Shown: in pieces, positions 9,220 to 18,474 of the stretch
Position numbering within the stretch: position 1 is the first letter of the stretch
How the letters are laid out: each line of letters opens with the position of its first letter
DNA from: a virus
Lineage: Duplodnaviria; Caudoviricetes
IMG/VR virus record: IMGVR_UViG_3300023283_000263
Span: 13,760-77,759 of that record
Length of the DNA: 64,000 nt
Direction: 5' to 3' (one strand)
The notes under the pieces: generated by a model
Told to the model about the DNA's origin: nothing
Seen by the model: only the letters and a program-made list of their open reading frames with translations
Databases searched by the model: none
Position numbers and translations under genes: made by a program

Positions 9220-11322
9220 GTGGGCGAGCAGACCAGCGATCGACTCGACGAGGCCGGGGTCCCGCGCCGGCGCGGTCGAGCGCAGAAGGAGGCGGAAGAC
9301 TCCGGTCCGCGCGTCGTTTTCTTGCGGCCTCATGCTCGCGCTCTCCGCGAGGCGGCGGAGGCCGGTCAGGTGTTCGGCGTCGAGGCGGTCGAGTCCCTGA
9401 GGCCCGGTCGCGCCGGCGGCGAGACCATCATCGCGAGGAACCCGGAGACCGGCGAGACCGTAGAGCGCCGCAAGATCGACCCCGGCTCCCCGATCCAGGG
9501 GAGCGACGCCCGGGCCGAGGAAGACGAGTTCGTCCGCACCTCGACCGGCCAGACCGTCGGTCAGCAGGTCACGGCGCTGGAGCCGCCGTTCTCGTTCCGC
9601 GAGCTGGAGACGCTCGTTCAGCGCAACAGCATCCTCCCGCTTCTGATCGACGCGATGGAGGTGAACGCAGACGGGACGGGGTGGGACATCGAGCCGGCCG
9701 ACCTCATGCACCCGACGCTCGGAGGCGAGGGGGGCGGTCTCCAGAGGCGCGGGCCCGGCGACGCGGACTTCGACCCCGACGACGCGGAACTGAACGAAGA
9801 GATCGAGCCGGAGGAGCTGGAGAAGAGGAAGCGCGCGGTCGAGGCGTTCTTCGACGAGCCGTGGCCGCAGACGTCGTTCCTCCCGATCCGCAGGCGCCTC
9901 CGGAGAGACCTGGAGACGGTCGGCAACGCCTACATGGAGTGCCTCTTCAACGCCGCCGACGAGTTGGTTTTCTGTCGCCGCCTCGACCCGAAGTCGATGC
10001 GGTTGATCAAGCTGCAGGACGAGGACAAGGTCGAACGCGCGCTGGAGGTCGACCGGGACGGCGAGCGCGTGGAGATCACGGCGTCCGTTCGCGAGCGCCG
10101 GTTCGTCCAGATCGTCGGCGGCAAGCACATCTACTTCGCCGAGCTGGGCGCGGCCCGCGACCTGGACAAGGAAAGCGGCGAGTGGTCGGAAGGCGGTCCC
10201 GCGAAGGACGGCGACCGCCTGGACTTCGACAAGCGCGCGACCCAGGTCGTCCACTTCAAGCTCAAGGACGACGTCGCGACCCCCTACGGGTTGCCTCGGT
10301 GGATCAGCAACGCGCCTTCCATCGTCGGGTCCCGCCTGGCGGAAGAGTTCAACCTGGAGTTCTTCGACGCCGGGGGCGTGCCTCCTCTCCTCATCATCGT
10401 CTCCGGCGGGCGCATGGCGGCGAAGGCCGAGCAGTCGCTTCGCCAGCACTTCATGGCGAGCGGGCCCGACCGGCACCAGGCGGCCGTGATGGAGGCGTTC
10501 GCCACGGAGGGGGACGTCGACACGGCGTCGAAAGTGGAGGTCCAGGTCGAGCGGTTCGGCTCCGAGCAGCAACGGGACAGCATGTTCGAGGGCTACATCG
10601 AGAAGTCGGAGAGGCGCGTCCAGCGCGCGTTCAGGCTCCCCGACCTCTTCACCGGCCAGGGCGAGCGCACGAACTTCGCGACCGCGTTCGCGAGTATGCT
10701 CGTCGCTGAAGCGCAGGTGTTTCAGACCGAGCGCGCGGAGTTCGACGAGGTCGTCAATCTCAAGATCCTGCCGCGTCTCAGGTGGGGCGAGCAGTTCGTC
10801 TTTAAGTCCCGGCCTCTCTCGGTGCGGGACGTGACGCAGCAGCTCGCGGCGTTGAGTATCGTGCTCGGGGCCGGCATCGCGGACGCGGAGAGCGTGCTGG
10901 AGAACGTCAACACCGTCACCGGGCTCGCGCTGCGGCCGGCCGGGGAGGAGGACGACCAGGCCGGCGCCGGCGGCGGGGGGAGCAGGATCGACGGCGGCAG
11001 GCCCGGCGACGCGCGCGGGCGCGGCCCGAGGACGCGGGCTCGGTCCGACGGCGCACCTGCTCTGAAGCTGGGGGCCGAGGTGGAGCTGGCCGCGCTCGCG
11101 CGATCCGTCGCCGAGTACCTGGAGGCCGGCGCCGTAGGCGGCGACGAGTGGCTGGAAGTCAGGGCGAAGCTCGACGCGCTCCGCGGGGAGGAGGTCCGGG
11201 TGTTTCGGCAGAAGCTCGCGACCGTGCTGTACCCGGCTCTGAAGTACGATCCGATGGGGGCGGAGGAGCTGGCGACGGGCGTGCTCGCGATCCTGGGGCT
11301 CGGACGTGACCGCCCCGCTTAG
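9220..11322 (+). CDS. Phage portal protein (PBSX/XkdE-like)
   Basis: GTG with AAGGAGG RBS; RRDLETVGNAYME, LDPKSMRL, YGLPRWIS, N..FFDAGGVPPLLIIVSGG. Confidence 0.85.
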   Translation: MGEQTSDRLDEAGVPRRRGRAQKEAEDSGPRVVFLRPHARALREAAEAGQVFGVEAVESLRPGRAGGETIIARNPETGETVERRKIDPGSPIQGSDARAEEDEFVRTSTGQTVGQQVTALEPPFSFRELETLVQRNSILPLLIDAMEVNADGTGWDIEPADLMHPTLGGEGGGLQRRGPGDADFDPDDAELNEEIEPEELEKRKRAVEAFFDEPWPQTSFLPIRRRLRRDLETVGNAYMECLFNAADELVFCRRLDPKSMRLIKLQDEDKVERALEVDRDGERVEITASVRERRFVQIVGGKHIYFAELGAARDLDKESGEWSEGGPAKDGDRLDFDKRATQVVHFKLKDDVATPYGLPRWISNAPSIVGSRLAEEFNLEFFDAGGVPPLLIIVSGGRMAAKAEQSLRQHFMASGPDRHQAAVMEAFATEGDVDTASKVEVQVERFGSEQQRDSMFEGYIEKSERRVQRAFRLPDLFTGQGERTNFATAFASMLVAEAQVFQTERAEFDEVVNLKILPRLRWGEQFVFKSRPLSVRDVTQQLAALSIVLGAGIADAESVLENVNTVTGLALRPAGEEDDQAGAGGGGSRIDGGRPGDARGRGPRTRARSDGAPALKLGAEVELAALARSVAEYLEAGAVGGDEWLEVRAKLDALRGEEVRVFRQKLATVLYPALKYDPMGAEELATGVLAILGLGRDRPA

Positions 11323-13168
11323 CGTCGGCGAGCGCTTTGACCCGGGGGCTCGCAGCGTTCGGCCGTCGGCGCGATCGTTCCTGACGCTGGAGATCACGAT
11401 CCGCAAGCGCCTGGAGCGACGCTGGTTGGAGCAGGTAGCGAGGCCGGCGCAGCGGAGGATCCGGCGCGCGGTCGCGCGCCGCGACTTCGACGCTGCCAGG
11501 GACGCGGCCCGCGCGATCTCTTTCGACCCGGTGATCGAGGGCCAGGAGGGGTTCCTCCGCACGATGGCGCTGTCGGCGGTCGTGCTCGGGGCTTCTTTCT
11601 TCTCCGGCGACGCGAGCGATACCGTGTTCGTCGACGGAGGGGTCCCCGAGGAGGCGGAGATCGCGGCGAGCGCGCTCCTCGGCTTCCTGCAGGACGGCGC
11701 GGCCGAAAGCGTCCGGGAGGAGGCCCTGCGCCTGATCGACGCCGTCGAGGCCGCGGTCGCGGCGGATAGGTTCAAGCAGGACGAGATCGACGTCGCCCCG
11801 GAGACGCCTGCGGGCCTGCGCCGAGCGCTGCAATCCATCGCCGAGCCGAGTCCAGAGAGTCGCCCCCCGATAGTGGCGAGTCCTCGGGATTTCGCGACTC
11901 GGCTCAACCGGGCCGTCGCGCGCGGCGGGATCCAGGGTACCGGCATCGGCGCGAACCTGTCGACGAGTCGGCTGATCCAGTTCGGGGCCCTCGCCCAGGC
12001 CGAGGCGCAGGGCGAGCAGAGCTATCAGATCACGGAGATTCTCGACGATCGGACTTGTCCTTTTTGCCGGGGGATGCACGGTAAGGTGTTCGAGGTCGCC
12101 CCGGCGCAGGACAGGCTCTTCCGCCAGCTCAGGGAGACGGACCCTCTGGCGCTGAAGTCGGCGTTCCCATTCCCGTCGACGAATCAGGCAGCCATCGCCG
12201 CGTTCTCGCGTCTCTCGAACGACCAGCTGCGAGAACTCGGCCATGACACGCCCCCGTATCATCCCTGGTGTCTACCTGGGGACGCTCGTATAGCGTCCTG
12301 TGGTCCGATCGCGGGCGAGAGTCGTCGCTGGTTCGATGGTCAGCTCGTCGTCGTCGACACGGCCCGAGGCAACCACCTCCGCCTGACCCCGAACCACCCG
12401 GTACTCACGGATCGCGGATGGGTCGCGGCGGGCTCGCTCGATGAACGCGACCGCGTAGTCGAATGTCGCGGCGTCCAGGGGCCGGAACGCCGTCTGGTGC
12501 CAGAGCATCAGGACGTCCCACCCACCGCGGAGCAGGTGTTCGAGGCGTTTCGGCGTTCTAGCGGCGTGACGACCCGAGAAGTGCCAGGAACCCCTGAATA
12601 CTTCCACGGCGACGGGCGCCGCGGCGAGGTCGACGTTGTACGGGCCGATCGCCTTCTGGGGCACGACGTCGGACACGCCGCGGTTTTCGAGTGCGCGCAT
12701 TACGGCTCTCTCCAGATCGCTGCTGCGCGGGCGCTGTTCGCGCGTTTGCGCGCGTTTGCAGAGGGAATCTACGGAGTGGCGCGAGCCGCGCGAGGCGCGA
12801 TGGGCGGCTTCGACCTGGCGCCGGCGTTCGCGGTTGCTCATGCGCTTCCATCGTGCCCTCACGGCGTTGCTCCGGCTTCGCACGACGCCGGCGGCGCGGA
12901 GGAATCGGAGCACCGTGGTCTTCGAGACGCCGAGATTCTGCCCGATCTTGCTCGCCGGTTCCCCGGACGAGTAGCGTTCGACCACGTCGTCGGGGTCCGG
13001 CGGGAGCCATTTTCGGGCCAGGTATACAACCTCGAAACCGAGGACGGCTATTATGTAGCGGACTCGATAGTGGTGAGTAACTGCCGCGGAACCGTCGTCT
13101 CCGTCGGGACCGTCCCCGACGAGCAGATCACCGGCTTCCAGCCCGTCAGGGGCGCGATTCCGGTCTGA
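11306..13168 (+). CDS. MuF / SPP1 gp7-like head morphogenesis protein, intein-containing
   Basis: LDDRTCPFCRGMHG and PPYHPW|CRG motif, the latter interrupted by a Hint domain. Confidence 0.85.
   Translation: MTAPLSVGERFDPGARSVRPSARSFLTLEITIRKRLERRWLEQVARPAQRRIRRAVARRDFDAARDAARAISFDPVIEGQEGFLRTMALSAVVLGASFFSGDASDTVFVDGGVPEEAEIAASALLGFLQDGAAESVREEALRLIDAVEAAVAADRFKQDEIDVAPETPAGLRRALQSIAEPSPESRPPIVASPRDFATRLNRAVARGGIQGTGIGANLSTSRLIQFGALAQAEAQGEQSYQITEILDDRTCPFCRGMHGKVFEVAPAQDRLFRQLRETDPLALKSAFPFPSTNQAAIAAFSRLSNDQLRELGHDTPPYHPWCLPGDARIASCGPIAGESRRWFDGQLVVVDTARGNHLRLTPNHPVLTDRGWVAAGSLDERDRVVECRGVQGPERRLVPEHQDVPPTAEQVFEAFRRSSGVTTREVPGTPEYFHGDGRRGEVDVVRADRLLGHDVGHAAVFECAHYGSLQIAAARALFARLRAFAEGIYGVARAARGAMGGFDLAPAFAVAHALPSCPHGVAPASHDAGGAEESEHRGLRDAEILPDLARRFPGRVAFDHVVGVRREPFSGQVYNLETEDGYYVADSIVVSNCRGTVVSVGTVPDEQITGFQPVRGAIPV
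12269..13081 (+). mobile_element. Intein (271 aa) inserted in the HPWCR motif of the MuF-like protein
   Basis: Cys1 block A CLPGDARI, block B LTPNHPVLT, block F VYNLETEDGYYVAD, terminal Ser-Asn followed by Cys+1. Confidence 0.9.
12272..12985 (-). CDS. HTH plus Vsr/DUF559-like endonuclease encoded antisense within the intein
   Basis: HTH YSSGEPASKIGQNLGVSKTTVLRFLRAAGV; nuclease motifs SDLERAV, IGPYNVDLA, VEVFRGSWH, LLRGGWDVLMLW. Confidence 0.8.
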   Translation of the reverse strand: MVERYSSGEPASKIGQNLGVSKTTVLRFLRAAGVVRSRSNAVRARWKRMSNRERRRQVEAAHRASRGSRHSVDSLCKRAQTREQRPRSSDLERAVMRALENRGVSDVVPQKAIGPYNVDLAAAPVAVEVFRGSWHFSGRHAARTPKRLEHLLRGGWDVLMLWHQTAFRPLDAATFDYAVAFIERARRDPSAIREYRVVRGQAEVVASGRVDDDELTIEPATTLARDRTTGRYTSVPR

Positions 13169-13306
13169 GGGGCGGGGGCGAGCTGTAGATCGGCGATTTT
13201 CTCGGGCCCCTTAGGGAAGACGAGGACGAGCGTCACCTTCTGAGGTGATGGAGGCACGCTCTAGGAGCGCAGGATCAGCGCCGCGACGGGTAGAGAGGAT
13301 CGGGCG

Positions 13307-13597
13307 GTGGCCGAAGACGCCCCGCGACCCCGGGGTCGCGGAAAGTGGACGGAGATTCGACGAGAGACCGGGCTCGTCGAGTACGTGTGCGAGCACGGAG
13401 TCGGGCACCCTGCCGTCGGGTCCGCGCTCTGGCAGGCCGAGACTCGCCGCGAGGACGAGGAAGCGTGGATGATCCACGGCTGCGACGGATGCTGCGCGCG
13501 GGACGACTTTCCCGGGACGGCGATCGAGTCGCTCAAGCGCGCCCACCAGATCATCCGCGTCCTGAAAAGGAGGCTCCGAGAGTGCAGGTCATCCTGA
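13307..13597 (+). CDS. Hypothetical Cys/His-rich protein
   Basis: CEHGVGHP and HGCDGCC motifs; RBS upstream. Confidence 0.6.
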   Translation: MAEDAPRPRGRGKWTEIRRETGLVEYVCEHGVGHPAVGSALWQAETRREDEEAWMIHGCDGCCARDDFPGTAIESLKRAHQIIRVLKRRLRECRSS

Positions 13598-13806
13598 CGT
13601 TCGACACCGTCCGCGATGAGGCAGAGTACCAGGCCGCTCTCCACGCGCTGCGTCTCGTCCACGCTCTCGCTGAGGTCGACGAGGCGCTTCGGGCCAAGCT
13701 GAAGTACGAGGACCCGAGTGAAGAAACGAGGACGGCCCTCGAAGGGGTTCGATCGGTTCTCCGCGACGGCGTCGCCGGCCTGCCCGAGAGCGTGGTCTGG
13801 CTCTAG
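13582..13806 (+). CDS. Hypothetical protein
   Basis: GTG preceded by AGGAGG. Confidence 0.55.
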   Translation: MQVILTFDTVRDEAEYQAALHALRLVHALAEVDEALRAKLKYEDPSEETRTALEGVRSVLRDGVAGLPESVVWL

Positions 13807-13808
13807 CC

Positions 13809-14225
13809 GTGCGGGTGTGCGTGTGCGGGGGGCGGGACGTGGCCGGCGCGAGTCTCGCGCGGTCGCTCGGAGTCGAAGGGCGAGCCGACGGCGTGCTGGC
13901 CGTGCGTCTGGCCGCTCGGTTGAGGGGGTACGAGCCCGAGCAGATCGTCCTCGTCTCGGGCGGGGCGCGCGGCGCCGACGAGATCGGCGAGCGCTGGGCC
14001 GAGGCGAACGGGGTTCGGATCGAACGCTTCGAGGCGGAGTGGTCGAGGCTCGGGCGCGCGGCCGGCGTGCACCGGAATAAGCGCATGATCCGGAGCAGGC
14101 CCGACTTCGTGGCGGCGTTCTGGGACGGGAACAGCAGGGGCACGAAGAACATGATCGAGGCGGCGACGCGGGCGGGGATCCCGGTGGAGATCATCCCCGT
14201 CTCCGCGAGGGTGGTTAGCGCGTGA
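13809..14225 (+). CDS. DUF2493 / SLOG (YspA-like) family protein
   Basis: MRVCVCGGRD, VSGGARGAD, GRAAGVHRNKRM, AFWDGNSRGTKNMI. Confidence 0.85.
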   Translation: MRVCVCGGRDVAGASLARSLGVEGRADGVLAVRLAARLRGYEPEQIVLVSGGARGADEIGERWAEANGVRIERFEAEWSRLGRAAGVHRNKRMIRSRPDFVAAFWDGNSRGTKNMIEAATRAGIPVEIIPVSARVVSA

Positions 14226-14312
14226 AGAAGCTCAAGCGAAGGAAGACGCCGGTCGCCCGGGGGCGCGCGACCCGGGAAGGCGCGGCTCCGAGGGGGGGCA
14301 CGGTCGTCGGGT

Positions 14313-14555
14313 GTGATCGGTCCCGGCCCGCGCCGCTTCGCGTCTTCTGCGGAGAGGCTGGCCCGCGCTCGCGACCTGCTCCGCGAGCTGATGCAGACGA
14401 CGCGGGACGCGGCCGAGGCGCGCGACGACGAGGTCCTCTCGTACCTGGAGTCGGCGCTGGAATCTCTAGCCGACTACGCGGTGAACCCCTCGAATCTGCG
14501 GATGCGGGCGGAGGCCGACGCGGCTCCGTTCCGCCGCCGAAAGGAGAAGACGTGA
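14313..14555 (+). CDS. Hypothetical protein
   Basis: Helical, protein-like composition; weak support. Confidence 0.4.
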   Translation: MIGPGPRRFASSAERLARARDLLRELMQTTRDAAEARDDEVLSYLESALESLADYAVNPSNLRMRAEADAAPFRRRKEKT

Positions 14556-14632
14556 GCGATGTGCAGCCCGTCGAGGGGACTTGAACCGGCGCGGGCAGAC
14601 GAGACCATTCCACGCTAGGCAAGAGCTGGCGG

Positions 14633-14839
14633 GTGCCATACCGGAGCGGCGAGCCCGCGAAGCGCCGACACGAGAGGCGCGAGGAGCGGGCTCTCGACGA
14701 CTGGCCGATGCTCAGGGCGTGGTGCTCGAACCGCGGGATCGATGCGGAGACTGCGCCCTCGCGCGGCGAGGCGACGTTCTCGTTTTGGAAGGGCCTCCGC
14801 GGAGTCCGCTGGCGGCCCGGGCGCGGTTTTACAGGGTGA
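14633..14839 (+). CDS. Hypothetical protein
   Basis: Short ORF; weak support. Confidence 0.35.
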   Translation: MPYRSGEPAKRRHERREERALDDWPMLRAWCSNRGIDAETAPSRGEATFSFWKGLRGVRWRPGRGFTG

Positions 14840-15424
14840 TTCCATGCTTTACCCCACGAAGGCCGTTGAGGACGCGCTTGAGGCCCTCGCAGAAGGTGCG
14901 AAGCAAGGGTAGAAAGTCGGCGCTCGCCGACATCCCAGGAAGTCAGTGAACGCTGCCTCAGGAGTAGATAGATGCGCGTCCTCGTAACCAGGAGGCCGCC
15001 ACCCGAGGGGGTAGAGAAGCGAGGCTCCGACGAGCCGGACGCGGAGAATAGGCAACTGCGACCCCGGGGTCGCGGCGACCAGGCGAGGGCCCGGTGGTAC
15101 GACGTCCTGGCCGGGGTCTCGCTCTGCGTCGCCTGGGCGGGGGCCGGGGAGGAGACGGCCCTCTGGGTCTCGGGGGCCCTGATGGCGGGCCGCGTGCTGG
15201 CGTTCGGACTGCCGGGTCGATCCTGACGCAAAAAGCGGCCACGGTTACGAGAATCGTCGCTCTCCCGGGCTTTAGCGGCGGGAGAATGCGCCTCGCGCCG
15301 GCGCGGACCTTGCTACGACGAGGGGGCGCGCGGCCGGGGTCGGTAGGACAGCGTTTTTTGCTCAAGTCCTCGGACCGGCCAGCCGAAGAGAGAGAGGAGA
15401 GGTATGAAGCGAGGAGGACGGAAA

Positions 15425-15631
15425 ATGGACAGCAACACCCGGCAAGGGCTGCTCGAAGCGGCGGCGTTGATCGAAGAACGCGCCGCCGCGTACTGGGAGC
15501 GGACGCGCGGCCGACGCCGCGGCGAGAGCCGCGACGCGCCTCGCCTGCGGCGCGAAGCGCTCGTCGTCGCACGAGAGCTGGACGCGCTGACGCAGCAGTG
15601 CCGCGCTCGGGCTGAGGAGGAGGCGGAGTGA
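15425..15631 (+). CDS. Hypothetical protein
   Basis: ATG after GGAGGACGG RBS, downstream of the promoter motif. Confidence 0.6.
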   Translation: MDSNTRQGLLEAAALIEERAAAYWERTRGRRRGESRDAPRLRREALVVARELDALTQQCRARAEEEAE

Positions 15632-15843
15632 AAGCTGGAACGACCCCGGGGTCGCGCGTCGATCCGACCGAGGGCCCTGTTTTCCAGGAGGCGGTGATCC
15701 AGCCGAGGGGCGGAGGGGCCGTCCTGCAGGTCCGCCGGTGCGACGACGGGCTGGTCCACCTGGTGATGGGCAGCGTCGTCGCGGTCCTCGACGAACGCGA
15801 GGCGCGCGTCTTGGCGCGCGCTCTGGCGGCAGAGACGAGGTAA
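15628..15843 (+). CDS. Hypothetical protein
   Basis: GTGA overlap with the previous gene. Confidence 0.5.
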   Translation: MKAGTTPGSRVDPTEGPVFQEAVIQPRGGGAVLQVRRCDDGLVHLVMGSVVAVLDEREARVLARALAAETR

Positions 15844-15939
15844 CGGGGCGGGGGCGCGAGAAACAGCTCAAGTGCGAGGGCCGGGTCGCCGACAAGAAGG
15901 TCACGGTCGCGATGGTGCGGCCGAGAAGGAGGACGAGAG

Positions 15940-16953
15940 ATGCCCGACTACGTGGACGCGATGGCCTACGCCGGGGAGACCCCCTGGCACGGGCTCGGGA
16001 CGAGGCTCCCGGAGGACGCCGGGAGCGAGGAGATGAGGAAGGCCGCCGGTCTGGACTGGCAGGCGCTCAAGCGGCCGGCGCTGGCTCAGGACCCGGACGG
16101 TCCGGTCGAGATCCCCGGGGCCTACTTTCTGATCCGCTCGGACACGCGCGGCCCCCTGAGCAAGCGCGCGGTCTCCGGTCAATACGAGCCGATCCAGCCG
16201 AAGGAGGTCTTCGACTTCGGCGACGCGCTCGCGAAGACCGGGGCGGCGCGCTGGCACACGGCCGGGGCCCTGCACGGCGGGCGCCGGATCTGGGCGCTGG
16301 CGCAGTGCGCGGGCCAGTTCGAGCCGCGGGCCCTGCGGGACGGGACGAAGGACGTCCTGGCCCCCTTCCTGCTCCTCTACAACACCTTCGACGGGTCCAG
16401 CACCTTCCGGGTGCGCTTCACGACCGTCCGCGTCGTGTGCGCGAACACGGCGGCGATGGCGCTCGGCGAGGAGGGCCAAGCGGAGGCGTCGATCCGCCAC
16501 TCCGGCGACGTGAAGGCGAAGCTGGAGCAGGCCCGGGAGGTGCTCGGGATGGCGGAGCGCTCCTTCCACGAGCAGGTCGAGGTCTACCGCCGGCTCGCCG
16601 AGACGCCGATGTCTGGCGAGGACTTCGACGTCTTCGCGGCTCGGCTTCTGACCGACCTCGACGACGTCGAGAAGGCCATGAAGCGGATCGCCGACTCCGA
16701 GGGCCGGAGCCGGACGATCTTCGAGTGCAAGGGGTCGGAGCTGCGGCGCCTGTTCGAGAGCGGGCGCGGCAACGCCGGGGAGACGGCAGTCGACGCCTTC
16801 AACGCGGTGACGGAGTTCGTCGACCACCAGCGGGCGCGGATGGGCAACTACAAGCGCCTCCGCTCGCGGCTGACCGAGGGCGGGCTCGACTCCGCCTGGT
16901 TCGGCCGGGGGGAGGCGACGAAGCAGCGGGCCCTGCGGCTCCTGACCCGGTAG
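15940..16953 (+). CDS. DUF932 / TIGR03299 phage-plasmid protein
   Basis: MAYAGETPWHGLG, AGLDW, TAGALHGGRRIW, YNTFDGSS, TTVRVVCANT, AFNAVTEFVDH. Confidence 0.9.
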   Translation: MPDYVDAMAYAGETPWHGLGTRLPEDAGSEEMRKAAGLDWQALKRPALAQDPDGPVEIPGAYFLIRSDTRGPLSKRAVSGQYEPIQPKEVFDFGDALAKTGAARWHTAGALHGGRRIWALAQCAGQFEPRALRDGTKDVLAPFLLLYNTFDGSSTFRVRFTTVRVVCANTAAMALGEEGQAEASIRHSGDVKAKLEQAREVLGMAERSFHEQVEVYRRLAETPMSGEDFDVFAARLLTDLDDVEKAMKRIADSEGRSRTIFECKGSELRRLFESGRGNAGETAVDAFNAVTEFVDHQRARMGNYKRLRSRLTEGGLDSAWFGRGEATKQRALRLLTR

Positions 16954-17060
16954 CTGGTCGGGCTGGGTCCGGGGGCGAGTCCAGCGCATCGGCCGCCCCT
17001 GGGCCCTTCCAGCGACTGTTCAACGAACGCGCCCGAGAGGCGCTAGAAGGAGAAGAGACG

Positions 17061-17465
17061 ATGACGAGGGTGACGACGTTTCTCGCGACGATGCTGGCCG
17101 CGCTGATCTGCGCCGCCGCGGCCGGGGCCCAGGAGACGCGGGCTCTCCGCCCGGAGGCCGGGGTCTACCAGGTGACGCTGGAGGTGCCGGCGGTCGAGCC
17201 GGGCTTCCAGACTCCGCAGTCCGCGGGCGTCGTGGTCGACGACGGGCGGATCGCCGCGTGCGTCCAGGCCGCCCCCGGCGACGTGGTGGATCTGCCGTTC
17301 CAGGTCGACGCGGTCGACGTCGGCAGGACGGCCACGGCCAGGACCTGGGCCGGGGTCGACTGCTCGGGGGACCGGAGCCCGCCGGCCGTGAGCAAGACCA
17401 CGGGCGAGGAGGTGACGTTGACCTTCGAGCTACTGCCGCCGCAGGCGCCGTTCCTGACGTTCTGA
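17061..17465 (+). CDS. Secreted hypothetical protein
   Basis: Signal peptide MTRVTTFLATMLAALICAAAAGA|Q; AGGAG RBS. Confidence 0.65.
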   Translation: MTRVTTFLATMLAALICAAAAGAQETRALRPEAGVYQVTLEVPAVEPGFQTPQSAGVVVDDGRIAACVQAAPGDVVDLPFQVDAVDVGRTATARTWAGVDCSGDRSPPAVSKTTGEEVTLTFELLPPQAPFLTF

Positions 17466-17554
17466 GGAGCCGGGGGGCCGTCGGGTGAGCGCCGGCGGTC
17501 CCCGCGACCCCGGGGTCGCGGGCGTCACCTTTCCGGGGTCGACGGCCACCTACG

Positions 17555-17612
17555 AGCGAGGGCTAGCCCGCGTCGAAATTGAAACCCGGTTGTCAGATTC
17601 GCGGCCCTCGTT
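17555..17612 (+). ncRNA. TIGR-like dual-spacer unit 0 within a closing hairpin
   Basis: AGCCCG-CGTCGAAAT-TGAAACCCG-GTTGTCAGA-TTCGCGG, enclosed by CGAGGGC/GCCCTCG. Confidence 0.75.
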
Positions 17613-17628
17613 AAAAGGAGACCCCCAG

Positions 17629-18195
17629 ATGAGACTGGTGGCGATCTTTCGCGAGATGCTCGAAGCGCAGGAGACGATCGACCTCGACGGCGTGGAGAAG
17701 ACGCTCGTCGAGTGGTGCCTGGGGGACGACGACGAGGGGCTGCTGCTGGAGGAGGCCGTGCGGGCCGGCGTCGCCTACGCCGGTCGGGAGGCGATCCGCC
17801 AGATGCGGAAGGAAGCGTTCGCGGAGGAGTCCGCGGAACCCGCGGCCGCTCCCGCTCCTCGCCTGAAGCGGGCCGCGAGCCGCACCGAGGTACGGTCCGG
17901 CGAGGTGCTGCCGGACGTGTCTTACCGCTACGCAGACCTGCTCGGCTACCTGCTGAACGCTCCGGGGCTTCCGGCGATTCGCCTGGCCGATGCGGACGCG
18001 GAGCGGCTCGACGTCGAGGCCGACTACGCGCAGGCCAGCGGCGACTCCTATCACCGGAAGGCTGCCTGGCTCCGGCTCATGGGTAAGGAAATGCGGCGCC
18101 AGGGTCGGGGCAAACGCGTCGCAGACGTGTTCTCCGTCTCCGAGCTGCGTCGCGCGGCTCGGTCCGCCGCCTTCAACCCTAGGCGGCGAGGGTAG
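17629..18195 (+). CDS. Hypothetical protein embedded in the TIGR-like locus
   Basis: ATG after AAAGGAG; lies between unit 0 and units 1-3. Confidence 0.7.
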   Translation: MRLVAIFREMLEAQETIDLDGVEKTLVEWCLGDDDEGLLLEEAVRAGVAYAGREAIRQMRKEAFAEESAEPAAAPAPRLKRAASRTEVRSGEVLPDVSYRYADLLGYLLNAPGLPAIRLADADAERLDVEADYAQASGDSYHRKAAWLRLMGKEMRRQGRGKRVADVFSVSELRRAARSAAFNPRRRG

Positions 18196-18200
18196 TCGAT

Positions 18201-18411
18201 GAAACGCGCTCGGAGAAGAGCCCGCAAGCCTCGTGTTACCCATTGGGCATGTTCGCCGGTCCGGGCGCTTTCTTTTTCGACGTCGACCGAGCCCATTAGT
18301 ACCGTGATTACCCAAGCCGATCGTTCGCCGATCGCCGTCGATTTTCACGAACACCAGCCGAGCCCGGGGTGCGCGTGTTAACCGCCGCCGAGCTTCGCCG
18401 GTTGGTGTTCG
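18201..18411 (+). ncRNA. TIGR-like stem-loop array: three dual-spacer units at a 71-nt period
   Basis: AGCCCR at 18219, 18290, 18361; 9-nt spacers; loop repeats TGTTACCCA, TGATTACCCA, TGTTAACCG; TTCGCCG; each unit closed by a different 11-13 bp stem. Confidence 0.85.
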
Positions 18412-18474
18412 CTCTTTCGTGGAGACTCGACAATCCGGCCCCCTACGACGGGGCATCGAAAGGAGCGTGAGACC

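Noticed and set aside
18367-18375. Spacer GGGTGCGCG as the guide for the 18-bp palindrome (7/9 match to GGGGTCGCG)
   Set aside because: Two mismatches in 9 nt of nearly pure G/C is expected by chance, and the partner spacer does not match.
18201-18411. CRISPR array
   Set aside because: Constant segments are only 6-10 nt and alternate with 9-nt variable segments; there are no 23-47 nt repeats and no cas1/cas2. The Cas4-like gene at 3537 is an ordinary phage exonuclease in the replication module.
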